Shown here piece after piece: positions 1 to 14,046 of a DNA stretch of 64,000 bases. The notes under the pieces are model-generated. The model was not told the origin of the DNA. It did not search any database and saw nothing but the letters and a program-made list of their open reading frames with translations. Position 1 is the first letter of the stretch, and the number at the start of each line of letters is the position of its first letter. Made by a program: the position numbers and the translations under genes. Location: the NCBI GenBank assembly GCA_028023455.1, contig JAQFVV010000001.1, positions 16,864,001 through 16,928,000 of the forward strand, in the 5' to 3' direction. This DNA comes from Epiperipatus broadwayi (taxonomy: Eukaryota > Animalia > Onychophora).

Positions 1-1800
1 TTTCATAAAATTTAAATTTCAATTTATACAAGCATATAAACTATATAAGTGTTATAAAACAAAACAAATTGATTTTATAAAATTTACTGTCATTCTTATC
101 AATTTACTGCAAAATAAAATATTTTCCAAGTTTAATCTAATTTCTCTAACAATTTGTTTACTTCATCCATGTATATTACATGAGGTTTTTTCTAGATTTT
201 TTTAGAATTTTATAGAATCAGTTTTAAAACTTTAATTGTTCACCTATTGCCATTTTATTTAATGACATGTTTAACCCAACTTCACATTAGTTTATTAATT
301 ATTTTAATAATGCAAGACTCGTTTCTTATTCATATGCTTTACTTTCAATTTCTTATTCCCAACATACATATATTCATACTTAGCAATGTCTTTGTATTAT
401 TTTAATATTTGTACAAGTTTCAAATATATTAGCTTAGCAACCAATAAAACATAGATATATTTTTTGTTAATATTATTTCTAATAATAATAATATTCTATA
501 TACGTTTAAATTTATGGTTAATTTTATACAATATGTTGTTATCTTTATCAATAATCTTATCAAGGTATTTATAATTGATAATTTCTAATTCATCAATCTT
601 TCTTCTTTTTTTGGAAAAATCATAAAACATTATTTTAATATTTTTTAGCATTTATTTTAGTTCCACTTTTTTGCCTTCATCTGACATTTCCTTTAATACT
701 GAAGAATTAGTTATAAAATCAATCATAGTGTCTGAATAATTTAAATAGCTTAAATAATCTCCATTTATTTTTATTTTCTTAGTTTCCCATTTTAATCCAT
801 AAAATATCTCAAAACAGTTGTGAAGTATTTTGGAGATATACAATCTCTGTAGTGCTACATTAGTGTTACTACATACTTAACCATACTATTGCATGTTGAT
901 AAATATTCCTCAGAATTTAACAATATCCTAGTTTGTATTCTTGATATTTCAAATCTTAATTATCTGTAAATCCAATAAAAAATGAAACTCATTCTCATTA
1001 ATCCTTTTTAAAAATTTATTTAAATATTAAAACGTGAAAATCCAGCTTATTTCTTTGGCTGATTTAAGTTGTAAATGAGTTATAATGATTTTAGTAAACA
1101 TGTTGTATTTAAAGAACTGATTAAAATCTGACAATTTTTTAATATCTTTCTTTTTACCTGGCTTGGATACTTCTATCACTGTTTCAATATTTAAAACATC
1201 TGACACACCTATATCATTTATATATTTGCTAATCTTCACTAACAATTTTTCCTTCACAGTTTATTTTAAAATATTCATGATTTCCTTATTTTCTAAAGCT
1301 TTTAGGATTCTTCATAAATTTGATTACATATCTCATTTATTCAGTTAATATACTTGGAGTTTCAATAGATGGGTCATAAATATAAGAACTATTTTGCTTT
1401 CTTAATCTTTATTACTTAGTAGTTATACATTTCATGATGTTATTGTTTTTAGTTCTTTAGTTATACATTTCATGATGTTATTGTTTTTAGTTCTTTGCGG
1501 AATTCTTCCATCCATTTTATGATGCTTATCACTGAAATAAGTTTCCTTCCAATACTAAGGTAATATTTTATATTTTTGAAACTTATTCTATAGCTTTCAT
1601 TTGCCGTTTCATAGTTATATTTATTTATATCATTATGAATTCTTTTCAAAACAATCTACAGAGTTTTAGATATTTGATTCTTCTAATTGGGCCATTTTAA
1701 ATGTTTTTATTTTTTCCTCTTTTGAGATAAAATTGATTTTTTGTACCTGCTATCTGCTAACAATTTTTAAAAGAATATCTTTTTATTGATTTAATTAAAA
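1..1800 (-). mobile_element. Decayed RTE-clade LINE (RT region, many stops/frameshifts; runs off left edge)
   Basis: ORF 1027..1257 reads VSKPGKKKDIKKLSDFNQF..TKII (RT domains 1-2). ORF 652..843 reads KIKINGDYLSYLNYSDTM...EGKKVELK, matching RTE-type GIKINGEYLSHLRFADD...KVGLK. Downstream INYKYLDKII matches the YKYLG motif. Confidence 0.7.
1421..1496. repeat. Perfect 38-bp tandem duplication
   Basis: AGTTATACATTTCATGATGTTATTGTTTTTAGTTCTTT occurs at 1421-1458 and 1459-1496. Confidence 0.95.
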
Positions 1801-2040
1801 TACGAGCCATTTAATCTTATTTGAAGTTGAGTTCTGATTTAAATTCATTGGATATAAAATATTAACTTTTTAAATAGATTTGTTAATCTTGTATTTAGAT
1901 TTGTAGAGGTCCCTACTGTCGAATTTTAGGCGCATAGTCTTAAGGTTATAGCCTTAATATATATTACTTACGTAATGAGTATGTGCTTTACACATTATTA
2001 ATTATACCTCTATAAGGTAAATATTTTTACCACAGATCAA

Positions 2041-2625
2041 CTAGAATAGGCAAACTTTTTAACGCGAAGAGCCATTTTGTTTACACCCCCCCCCCCAATA
2101 AAGTACAAGGAAAAAGCTAAAAATATTCGTGCAAAATATGAATTTCTGAATGGTTGTGGATATATTTGAATATTTATTTTAATAATAGAACATAATAGAA
2201 TCTGTATATATACTAACGAAAATAAAAATTATCTTAAGAAATAAATAATTAAAACAAAAAGTTATTTCGACAGCTTGACTTATTTACAAATTTTTAATAT
2301 TTAAATATTCATCATAGACAATAATTACTATTTTATAAAATAAAAAAATGTTAATGGCTTTATTTCTAGGAGTTAATAAAAAGTTCGAGCGCTAGAATTG
2401 ATCCTGGCACCGCCCGATCCCAAGTTGTCGACGCAAGGTACTGTTCTATAACAAGGCTGAATTCAAGAAACAACGCTGTAACCCGCATTTTTCCTCTCTT
2501 AGAATTATCAAAATATTTATTTACAAATGAGGAAATAAAAATATGTTTATGTTAATTATGATAAATAGAAGCACGAGATTGGGATCAAAGAAACACATTT
2601 GGCTTGCGAGCCATGCCGACCCCTG
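2041..2625. mobile_element. hAT (Charlie/Buster-like) non-autonomous element
   Basis: The right end GGCTTGCGAGCCATGCCGACCCCTG and left end ..ATAGGCAAACTTTTTAACGCGAAGAGCC resemble hAT-Charlie termini. The left TIR is decayed and there is no clean TSD. Confidence 0.5.
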
Positions 2626-3565
2626 ATCTAGAGAAATAGTAAAAGAGAAGACATGACTCAATAAATTTTCCAACTGTTGGATTATAAGAGTTTTCAATGG
2701 TTATCTATTCTTGTGTTAACAGAGGAAAAAATCCTATGCCTCATGGAAGAAATTTTCTTGACCTAGATTTGAAGTTCAGGTCAGTGGCTGAGCAGATAAA
2801 TGCATTTTACTACGAGGCTCTTTTTTATATCAAAAAATGAGTTTATATTTATATATGAAGCATCAATATCAATTCTATTAATAAACATTAAGAAATCATT
2901 AACATTAAAAAAAAAGCTTCTGCCAATACTAGTGATAGTCAAACGCAAATTAATATAACTATCGTTTTTAAAAGTGATTTAGGAAATGTTAACAGCTAAT
3001 TTTTCTTGGTATTGTTTTTTTAAAATAATCTTTTATTAGATTATTTTACAAATAAAATATTTTTATGAATAGTTCTGAAAAAATCCAATACTTTAAAAAA
3101 AATTAATTTCTTGAATAGAATTACAAAATAGAGGCTTTTAATTTTTTTTAATGTTTTTAGAAATCAATCTCGTCTTGATTTTCTATGATTTTAGATATTG
3201 ACACTTGTCAAGTGAAATAATGAAATAAAGAATTATGCACCTGGCATTTGCAAAAGTTAAAAAAAGGATTGTTAATTTTAAAGCTTTATCCTGATAGTAG
3301 ATAAGATTTTGGCTAAAATCATATATACATATTATTTAAATTACATCATACTTACTTACTAAATATTATTTGCTTCGAATATATAATCTACAATATTTAA
3401 ATAATGTAAACAATTCTCATGATGCATTTTGATTGAAATAACGTCAATGAAGGGTCCAAGCTGTTCCCATTTCCTAATCGTTTTGCTATTATTCATGCAT
3501 ATTTTTACAGTATGCATGCACTTAAATATCAACTTATTTTATTACTTTATATCAATAATTAATGT

Positions 3566-3834
3566 TATTAAAACAGGCAAAACTCTCCATACAGTAGTGC
3601 CACTCAGTGCAAGTCAGAATAATCAATGGATGCCAGAAGGCTTGTGCATAAAATCCCTATAAATTAGTCTGGGGATATTGGATCAGTAGGCACTAGATAG
3701 GGATTTTATGCACAAGTCTTCTGGCATCCATTGATTACTCTGGCTTGCACTGAATAGCACTATTATTCTATGGAGAGCTTTAACTGCTTTAATAACAGTT
3801 ATGAGCAAGCATAAGAAATGCTGATCATGTGGTG
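3566..3834 (+). mobile_element. Family-1 hammerhead-associated palindromic retroelement (PLE pLTR/retrozyme-like), copy 1
   Basis: Inverted arms at about 3570-3660 and 3697-3792, then a tail ending ..GATCATGTG. The 12-bp direct repeat AATAATTAATGT flanks it (3554-3565, 3835-3846). Only the 3' half of the ribozyme is present (AAATTAGTC/TGGGGA). Confidence 0.75.
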
Positions 3835-5146
3835 AATAATTAATGTCTGAAATTATTAATATTTATTTGATTCAGATATACATTTTAATTCTATATTAAA
3901 GATTAGATATATCTCATAAACAGAAATCAATATATATTTCCTCTAAACTATATTATAATATACTTCTTTTATTCACGTCTAAATATAATATCTAAATCAG
4001 ATTTTATTTACTAATAATTAATTGTTTTAGATATATATATATATTTCAAGATATCAGAGAAATCTATACAAAAATCACAATGTATTCCCCAATCCCATTC
4101 ATATATTTATACATTAATAAATTAATAGAAAATTCTTTGTTCTTATAGATAAATTTCAGTTATATATAATCAAACAAAATACCAATTAAAAGAAAGCATT
4201 GCAAACTAAAATCTGTCATCTAGTACTAGTATTTGTCTGAACTGTTTTAAACTAAAAGTGAATTGACTTTTAGATTATTATCCATGATTATATAAGGGTC
4301 AGATTGGATCTTTGTATTTTAGTATGTATGTATACACACACATATATATATATATTGGGATAGATAGAGACCAGGTTAACTAATGATAATTATATTTTAC
4401 ATTAAACCATCAGAGAAATCTAAGATGCATTGATCATCATCAAAATAATGGGTCATTCTCTAATTCAGTCCTTAAAAAAATTATATCAATGAACTTCAGC
4501 TTAATTTGATTTTCAGATAATTAAAAAATCATCTTGATAACATTATATTTTAGCACCTAAAAGAACCAACTCCACTTTGCTTTTACTCTATAATATCTTA
4601 CTTTTTTCATGATAATCTCAGATTCCCTTTCAGTGTGAAAACTTGTATTCATGTTAAACACACATTCTCACATAAGTATCATAGTTGTGTTTTCAGATGG
4701 AATATAAAACACATAAGAGCAAAGAATGATACTGATTTAGACCCCAAAGTAATTAATATTAAAATTTAATAATAATTAATAGCATGAGAAAACAATAATA
4801 TAAAAAATTTTCTTAATGCCATATGAAAAAAACATATTCAATTATTAGGATGAAACAATAAGTGCTAGTATGTGTATCTCAACTGATTGTACTTCAAATG
4901 AAAGTATTAAATTTACTATTATAATTAAATTAATATTTTGCATTTCAAAATGTACTTAAGAGCTACTAACTATCTTATTATTTTTCCATTAAAAGATATA
5001 TTATAACAATCATAAATTTTTTCAAACTAATACTTTGTAACTAAAAAAAACCATTCTAAATGAATATTATAATTTGGATTTTGGACATCATATTATTCAT
5101 TATTTTATATTATTAAACAAATATATGTTTTCATTAAATATATATA

Positions 5147-6308
5147 CGAGGTGTGACAATTTAATTCCCAGAATGGTTAAGTAGTCATGACCTATTCGTA
5201 TTGGAATCATGCTTATTCATGTTCAAACATGTTTAAGCTAACATATGTGTAAATTTTAAGCTGCTAGAGCTAGTTATGATTTAGCTATTAAGAAGATAAT
5301 AAATAATGTATATTTTTTGCATAAAAATAGATGATTGAAAGCAACATATTAATTTCAAATTTTATATGAAATTCAGCAAATGTAGTACAAAAATGTTACA
5401 ACTGCTGCAAATGGCATATGGTGAAGATGCCCTAAAGAAATCAAGTGTGCTTGAGTGGCATAAGAGGTTCAAAGAACCAAAAACAACAATGACTGATATT
5501 AATATTAACAAAGTGCAAGATGCAATATGGTCCAACAGATGATTTAAGTGTGAGATTGATAGTGGAAGAATTGCAGATTAATCAAGAAACAGGCAAATTT
5601 TAAATAAAGAATTAGGCATGAGAAGTTTGTGCCTCAGATCTTGATGGATAAACAGAAACTGTATTAGTTTGATGTTGCATCTGCTACTGAGAGCAATTAT
5701 GGGTGATGAAACTCGGTGTTACCAATATGATCCAAAAACAAAATGTCAGAGCATTCAATTAATATCCCTGGATTCACCACACTTTAAAAAGAACATATGT
5801 TGTGTTCAAGTTCAAGACCATGCTAATGTATTTTTTGATCACAAGAGAATAGTCGAAAATGTTATTTAAAAATACTTCAGAAATTAAGAGATTCTGTTTA
5901 AAAAAATTGTGGCCTGACAAGTAGATCATTCATCATGACAATACCCCAACTCATTGTATGGTCATTGTGAGAGACTTTTTAGCCTAAAAAATTAATTACA
6001 CAACTAGACTATCATTCATAATTCATCTGACTTAGCTCCATGTGATTTTTGGTTATTTCCAAAATTAAAAACTGCACTGAAAGGATGAAGATTTTCTACT
6101 ATAACTGATATACAATAGAATGTGAGACAGCTGCTCAACTATATTCTAAAAATGACTTCAAGGTGTGCTTCAGAAATGAGAATGCCACTTTAATCACTAT
6201 ATAAATGCACAACCAGGACTACTTTGAAAGTTACAATAGCCACTAGTATACATATCCACATGTATATTTTATAAGGATGCATTATGGGAATTAAATTGTC
6301 ACACCTCA
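5147..6308 (+). mobile_element. Full-length decayed mariner (DD34D-type) transposon
   Basis: TA-flanked TIRs CGAGGTGTGACAATTTAATTCCC and GGGAATTAAATTGTCACACCTCA. Transposase remnants: GDETRCYQYDPKTKCQS, IHHDNTPTH and SDLAPCDFWLFPKLK. Many stops. Confidence 0.93.
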
Positions 6309-6736
6309 TATGTAAATATTGAAAGATATATTATTAAATAGAAAGAGCAAAATGCAATTACCAGAATACTTTGTTTAATAAAATTAAAGGTTTTTTCAAA
6401 ATTTTAAATATGCTATACGTTTTTCTTTTTGTACTAATTCTTATCGGTTTATTTTTTAATCATTTTGATGTAACTATATTTTGCTGTAACTATAATAAAT
6501 CATTCAGTGTTTGTAATTATATGATAATCTATTTTATATGATAACCTATTTCCAGTTGTCAATTGATGGAATAATTTATTACTAAAAAGAAAACTTTAGA
6601 AGATTTAAAAATTGATGCCATTGAACTAACATAATATATCATATAGTAAAATATAATTTGTCCTATGACTTTTTAGATTTCTTGATAAAACTCAATCAAG
6701 AGATATTACCAAATGATAATAACTTCTAAAATATAT

Positions 6737-7042
6737 AAAACAGGCAAAACTCACTATATGTATTGCCACACATAGCAAGCTAGTGTAATCAATGGATGCC
6801 AGAAGCCTTGTGCATAAAATCCCCATCTAGTGCCTATTCATCATATATCCCCAGCCTAGTTTCTGGCTTGTGCAAACTAGTCTGAGGATATTGGATGAGT
6901 AGGCACTAGATGGGGATTTTATGTATAAGCCTTCTGGCATCCATTGATTACTCTAGCTTGCTGTGTGTGGCAATATGTATAGTGAGATTGCCTGTTTTAA
7001 AACAGTTACACACAAGCACAAGAAGTGGTGGTCATGTGATGA
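6737..7042 (+). mobile_element. Family-1 palindromic retroelement, copy 2
   Basis: About 120-bp inverted arms starting AAAACAGGCAAAACTCACTATA, then a tail to CATGTGATG. Exact 13-bp TSD TTCTAAAATATAT at 6724-6736 and 7043-7055. Confidence 0.85.
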
Positions 7043-7074
7043 TTCTAAAATATATCTTGTAAAAAAAAAAAAAT

Positions 7075-8930
7075 CATAAGCAGTTGTAGAAAACGTATTG
7101 AGCCCAAAAATATTAGAAAATGTTGTAGCTGAAGTGGCTGAAGATTTAAATTTTTCTACAATGTCTGATGCATCTAACAAAAAAAAAAATAGACTTTTTT
7201 TCCATTAGTCATTCAATATTTTTCAAAAAATGATTTGCAATACAAGTTTATTGATTTTTATAAAAATTGCGATGAATCTTCTGATGGCATACTTGCTTAC
7301 ATGAATGAATCTATTAAATCTTTAAGTTTAGATTTGTCAAAAGGTACAGCTTTGAAAGTTGATAATACAAATGCAAATTTCGTTTTTCATAAATTTATAA
7401 AATATACATCACAATATTATAAAAGCTAATTATCACACCATATTTGCATAATTCATTGAGACATGTTTTAGAAAAACTGTCCATAAACGTTGCAAACATT
7501 ATTTTAAAACTCAATTTTCATTTTACTTAGTATTGCATATACTGATTTTTTCTCATCATACTGTATATAATTCGATTGTTATCATTACAACCTTGTGAAA
7601 AAAGATTGTTATGAGAATGACCACATTAATATCATATTTTCATAGTAATGTTAGTGATTTATCTACAGCTTTAAAAAAACAACAACTTTGCAATTCAAAC
7701 ATAAATAATACAGTTAAAGTGAAATACATTTATTACTGACCATTTTTGAAAAGTTGATAAAATTATTAAAAAACAAATAGTATCATAGTTATTGACATAC
7801 ACACAATTCTAAAATATTTTAAGCAATAACTCACTTCTAGATTGAGAATAATTTTTTTGAGTATATGAAGTTATATGAATAATGTAAGATGTTATCTCTG
7901 CATGAAAAGGAAAAGATTGAAAATGAATGTTGAAATGTTTATAATAAATTTTTAATTCAAACCTAAATCGAAAACTTTGCATTCGGAAATATATTTGTAA
8001 AATAATGTAGGCACTATTGCACCTGACCGCAAAGCTACTACTTTTCACTTAAAAATAAAATAAAATATATTATTCTGCAATATGCATACATTAAAGCTCA
8101 GTCAGATCCATCATGTTATTCCATTTTTGCACTTCATCAGATACTAGCAGGACACCAGTGTGAACCACAAGATGTCAACCTGGTCTGCAGTGAAAGGAAT
8201 GATATAAAAAGAAAAGTTAAGAAGGCCTGCTTCATTGTGATGGATTGCAATGCCATCAACCACAAGAACACATGCTTCATGATCTCAAAGAAATGGAGTA
8301 ATTAGCCTTTGAACTTTGCATAATTTGCATATAATTATTTCACTCAGAGCTATGAAGATTAGAGCACATCTCTTGAAAGCACTTGCAGAATAATATATTT
8401 TATTTTATTTTTAAGTGAAAAGTAGCTTTGCGGTCAGGTTCAATAGTGCCTATATTATTTTACAAATAAATTTTTATCATATGTGGAAAAAAGATTTGAT
8501 TTCGATGAAAAATCTTTAATCATAAAGTTACAATTGATAATACATTAACAAAACTGCCAGATTTTGAAATATTTTCTGAAATTGAAAAATTATTAAATAT
8601 TTATAATAATAAACATGAACCAACTTGAGGAACATTTAAAATACTTTGATAACTTATCTGGTTTGCAAACAAAATATATTACGATAACATTAGATAGTGA
8701 TAATTTATTTAAAATTGTGCCATACATTTTAAACATAAGTCACCATCATCAATTATAGAATGCATATTTTCTATTATGAATAATAAATAGTCTGATGAAA
8801 GGAATAGATGTTCGATTAAACTTACCAAAGCAGAATTTCTTATAAGCTCAATTGTAAAACAGTGCATGTAATTTTTTGAAAAAGGTACAGAATGATGTAG
8901 AACTATTGAAATGGGAGAAGAATGATAAAA
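7075..8930 (+). mobile_element. Decayed hAT transposase coding region, interrupted at about 7992-8467
   Basis: Translated fragments FSTMSDASN..LFPLVIQYF, VDNTNANF, HLHNSLRHVLEKLSINV, RLLSLQPCEKRLL and FSIMNNK*SDERNRCSIKL (hATC dimerisation domain). Confidence 0.8.
7992..8467 (-). mobile_element. Insertion bounded by about 88-bp inverted repeats; interior weakly resembles P-element/THAP9 transposase
   Basis: Arms 7992-8080 and 8383-8467 are near-identical reverse complements. The minus strand gives IYYSASAF and EACVLVVDGIAIH, loosely similar to P-transposase YYSPKAY and CxLxxDxMxI motifs. The IR is certain; the P-like identity is weak. Confidence 0.4.
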
Positions 8931-11900
8931 ATATCAGTTAGACATAATGAATGAATAATATATATGCATACAAGGCAGCCATTACATTCAATTATTGATA
9001 ATAATTACCTAAATTGTATAGCATTAAATTAAACCTAAATTTATCCAAACTAAATCGAATTTTATTATTAATATATTTAATTTTCTTTTATTAATCACTT
9101 TTTTTTTGTTTATTGATTTGTACTACATCGAACATTTCAACATGTGGAAATCCTACAATAAAACATCTCTCTATTAGTCAACCTTCAGATAATACAATGA
9201 CGATGATTTGCATTTATTACTGATAATACCACATAGGCATCAGTTATAATATAGACTATAGGGCCATAGACATCACATAAAAATCTATTGTTTGAAATGA
9301 TACCATCATGCTAGCTTTATTTATGATGGTAACTCATTACCATATATTGATTTGAAACAATATCTGATTATCACAGACTTCACATAATTTAAATAATGTA
9401 TAGTATTGAAAATAGGGGAATACTAGGAATTTAATTTAATGAAATACATTTTTGAACATGGTACAAAATGAGAATTATGTAAAGCAAATAATTAATAATC
9501 TTGTTGGCACGTATCAAAATTCATTGTATCTCCTATTTATAATATTATGATAGATATCATCCTAAAAATATATGTGAAATTTTTATAAAAGGGACAATCA
9601 ATATTAATATACAATCTTTAAGTTTATACATATGAACAAATAAAAAAATAAATTATGCTTGAGTAAGTTACATTTTCTCCTCTTTTGAAATTGAAATGTG
9701 AACTTCTAAGCCCATTAAATACATACATAAGAAATAAAATATTACATTTCAAATATCACTAAAATGCTAAATAATAAACCATGAAATATACAATAGAATA
9801 AATAAGAATACTTTGAAATAGAATTATAGTAATAAAAAAGCTATGATAGTTAAACAAATAAATATAAACATTTTAATGTAGATAGATGTTTAGAGTGAAT
9901 TCTAAAATTTAAGAATAACAACTTCAGAAAATTGCTTATGACGATTTTAAAGAGGAAAAAAAAGATATTAGATATATTTCAATTACTCAAGGAAGTATAA
10001 TCTCAAGCAAAAATCTCAGTATCTGAGATTGAGTTGAAAAATCCATTTTCAAAATAAAGAAAAAAGAATTAAAAAAAATTGATGTGCTAATCTAAAAATT
10101 AAATAACATTCTGTAAAAACTTAAATCAATATACCTATACAAATATTTAACAAGGTTATTATGTAAAGTATCAAAAATGGCAGTTGAGAATTTTGTTTTT
10201 TTACTTGTATAAAACTTATTTGTTATTATTATTATTTTTGCATTCTATAATACCTATTTTTGTTCTCACTTTTATATGTATAAATATTATTAGTATTCTA
10301 GGAGATCATTGAAGAGTTAACTATCCACAAGATAAGATATTTTCTGTCTAAACAAGATTAATATTTATTTGCTAAAAATATTAATGTTAACTTACAATCA
10401 GTATATATATTTCTAAACTTTCTACATTAGAGAAAAATCATAAAAAAAAAATGAAATGAAGATATCTTTTAAAATATTTCTAAAGATAAAAATATATTAC
10501 AATATTTTAATAAGATATTGATATTTAAAAAAAAAACTTGAATTAAAATTAAAGCAGTAAATTTACATTTTTATCTAAAAATAATAACAATTTTTTTAAT
10601 GACAGTCAGATAGACACAGAACGAGAGAAATAGTTGGGGAAGGGCAAAGACAGATAGAAGTGAGAGACAGAGAAGGAGTCAGAGCAAAAAAAAATGAGAA
10701 AAATAATAAAAAAGAAGGGGAAAAAGAGATGGAAAGAGATCAAAAAGATAGAGATAAACAGAGTGAAAGCAAAATATTTTTTAAAATTCAAATTTATTAA
10801 TTTTATTAGTTTGATTAAAAAAAAATATTCTATGATTTTTTTTTACAATTTTTTTTATTACTCTTTGTATATATATATATATTTCTTTACATACAATATA
10901 ATTATTATAGCCCTGCACACTTTGTTAAAATGGTAGAATAGTAGATTCTGCACTTAAAGACTTATAAATTGCATCCAGATTTATTATTTCATGAGCAATA
11001 AAACCATTTGATTTTTTCGTATATATATTGAACTGGATAGGGTAGTTGATCAAATCGGAAACAAAATCTGTCATGAAATTTTTACTCTTTAATGGAAATA
11101 GAGACTTGTGAAAACAAATTTTAAGATAAACACATTGTTGACTTCTTATACAGATAACATGTGATACAATTATTTAATATAAATTTGATCTACTCCAATG
11201 CAATTTATGTATTGCTCCAATACTGGCCCCTTAGGCAGAGAAGCATAACACCCAGAGGGTACCTATGACCAAGCTGGAACTATATATAAGATACATAACT
11301 ACAACTACATTTCAAGGCCACAGATCTTCTCAACTGCTGGATTCAACACCTATCATTCAAAGCATTTTTTTGTTTCAGAGTAAACTCCAGATGCCAGTTA
11401 TTTACAAAAACTAACATACCCTGAATAACAGCAAACTAATTAAGCACCTAAGAAATCCCAACTAGCTCAATCAAAAGAATAATATAATAAATTGTTGCTC
11501 TAACTTCTCTGTTAAATTGTTTTTTTTTAATAGTATAATTAAAAGAAATTGACCAACAACCACTAATTTGTAGAATAATTTATTTTAAATAAAATGATTA
11601 ATATTTTAAATTAACTGAGAACTAATTTATAACTTCAACATTTCTTTTCTGAATAAAATAATAATATATAATAGCATATATCTTCACACATTATGATAAA
11701 CATACAATAGTAATATAATATAAACATAAGTAACTACCAGCATTCAAACAGGCACATAAATAGTTCATTTTATGCATGCTATAGAGTTCATTTCTTTTAC
11801 TGACTCTGAAGGCTTCCAAGATTACAATGGCTATATTAATTGATATCAAAAATTGGAATAAGAAAAATGTTATTTATTACCTATAGGATTTTGTACTTTG

Positions 11901-13896
11901 TGGCTTCTTGCTGTTTACTACTTCATGTGTGTGTTTTACCAAGTGGTTGGATTTTAGGCTTTTGTTGAGGTTCTAATGATTGCTATTCTGTGTTACTTCT
12001 ATTTCAGGCAGTTAGACATTCCTGGTGGTTTCATATTGTTAGATGGTCATTATTTCTATCAGACAGACTGCTGATGTTCTGATGACTGAGGCTGGAGTTC
12101 ATCGCATGCTCTGAAAATTGCTCAACACTGCATTATCTTTATTAACAAATGCATATAACAGGTGATTGACTTTTAGATACATGAAAGACTGACTGATGAA
12201 ATTTTTGGCTCTATTTATATGACCTTGTTATTCTTTTTAATTAGTAGCCATTGCTAATCCATTTTAAATTCATCCACTGCTTTGATTAAATTCTTAAGAT
12301 GTGTTTAATTAATCCTGTTGTTTATGGATTTTAATTAGTAGCCATTGCTAATCCTGTTTTTATATAGCTTATGAGTCTATGTAATCTTTGAGGGAAATTT
12401 TTACTTATAAACTTTCATTTATTTTAATATTTAACTTTCATATTTCATTTTTTTAACATGCACACATTTCATTATTTCTTTATATTTAAAATCCTCATTA
12501 TTCATGCACACATATATCTATTTTATTTTAAAATAAATGGAAAGATTTTCTTTTAGTTTTTAAGATTTCCTTTTTTCTTTCAATTAAATGAAAAGAGAGT
12601 ATTTTTAATTTCATGTAAAAGATTTATATTTCAAACTGTTATAGCTTCAACTTTTCTAAGTTAGATTTTCTCCCCCCCCCCCTGAATTAATTAATTTGTA
12701 AAACTTATATTGATAACTGACATTTGCCTTCTGGTGATCTATGTTTATATGAAGAAAACTCTTTAAACTTTTATATTAAACTTCCTTTTATTAAACTTTT
12801 AACTATTTTTTTTAAATGAGATGTTTTTACTTCAGTCATTTACTGACAGTGATTTTATTATTCATTATCAATTTTAAATCTTTTTGCGTTGTTTATGAAA
12901 ATTTTTATTTTTAATAATTGTAAACATGATTTTACATAGAGTGCTATCCATTAGCAGTATAATTTATTATTCAAAAACATTATACTTATATAAATGTTAG
13001 TTTACATTTAGATAAATACATAATTATTATTATTTTTTATATTTTTATTTAAAAATGAATTTTACTAATAAATTTTATACATTGGTGTTTTTCTGTTTGT
13101 TATTGTATTTTTTTTCAAATAAATGAAATAAACATTAATCATTTACTTTTTAAAATCTAAAATAATGCAGTCATCTAAATGAAATACCTTGCAAGTTTTT
13201 CAAAACAAGTTTAGGATTTTTATTTTGAGTAGCTGTCCCATAATCAATCTTACCAATCATCTCACGTTGGCCAGTAAATGGATATCTGACTATTATTAGT
13301 TATATACTTAAGATGAGTGCTGATGCATTAGCTTTAAAAATAAAAAATATAATTGAATCATGACACAAGTTTCATAAATAGTGGAGAAAGTGACATTATT
13401 ATACAGATCATGGGCTCCATGGCTAACAATTAAAAAATGAGATTAAAAGATTAAAAAAGAATAAATGTTAATAAAAGAGAGTGAAAAATATTGAAAAATA
13501 AATAAATTGGAATTTCAACTAAATGGGAAATTATATATATAAAAAATAAAGATTCTCATTATTGAGAACATTATTGTAACTACATAAAATGATTAGAATT
13601 TTTTTTTATCTATAATTTTTATTTATAGCTAATAATAAAAGGCACAATAAACTAAGCTTAATAATAAACAATGACTGGTTGATTGGGGATCAGATATTTA
13701 AGCTAGTAAAATGACAGTTTGCTCTTTAATTCAATAATCTTTAGTTCTTATGTTCATCTTTTCATCATTGAGCCAAAACATAGCACAAACTTGGTAATAA
13801 ATTATTAATCTATAAGATATGAAATTTATTTTACCTATTCTTATTTAGTAATTCAATGGTTACTAATTTTCTTCTTTTCTGAGCCAACTTAATATT

Positions 13897-14046
13897 TGGT
13901 AAAATGAAAATCCTCACAAAAAAGGTAGTTTTTTTAAATATTTAGCTTTATTACTGCTTAGCATGCTTTCAATATATATTTTTACTATATCATATGGCAT
14001 AAGCTAAATACTAAAAAAACTACCTTTTCTGTATTTTCATTTACCA
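13897..14046. repeat. About 150-bp imperfect hairpin (MITE/foldback-like)
   Basis: TGGTAAAATGAAAA..AAAAGGTAGTTTTTT..TATTTAGCTT (13897-13948) is the reverse complement of AAGCTAAATA..AAAAAACTACCTTTT..TTTTCATTTACCA (14001-14046). Confidence 0.75.

Noticed and set aside
3429-3662. Short ORFs overlapping the palindromic elements (3429..3662, 6953..7180, 56861..57058, 56913..57179)
   Set aside because: They are incidental frames through repeat arms or antisense to TE relics.
4620-4720. C2H2 zinc-finger-like words (PFQCE on +, FTLKGNLR on -)
   Set aside because: There are stops in frame and the Cys/His spacing is incomplete, so this is likely chance.
10606-10936. ORFs 10606..10791 and 10694..10936
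   Set aside because: They are low-complexity purine-rich or AT-rich sequence giving biased K/I/F peptides.
12080-12125. CTGATGA...GAAA at about 12082-12118 as a hammerhead
   Set aside because: No convincing stem I or stem III/NUH arrangement. Other isolated CTGATGA hits (about 8135, 8795, 12193, 50187) also lack a closing structure.
12235-12354. 26-bp exact direct repeat (12235-12260, 12329-12354)
   Set aside because: It is a simple local duplication with no further structure.
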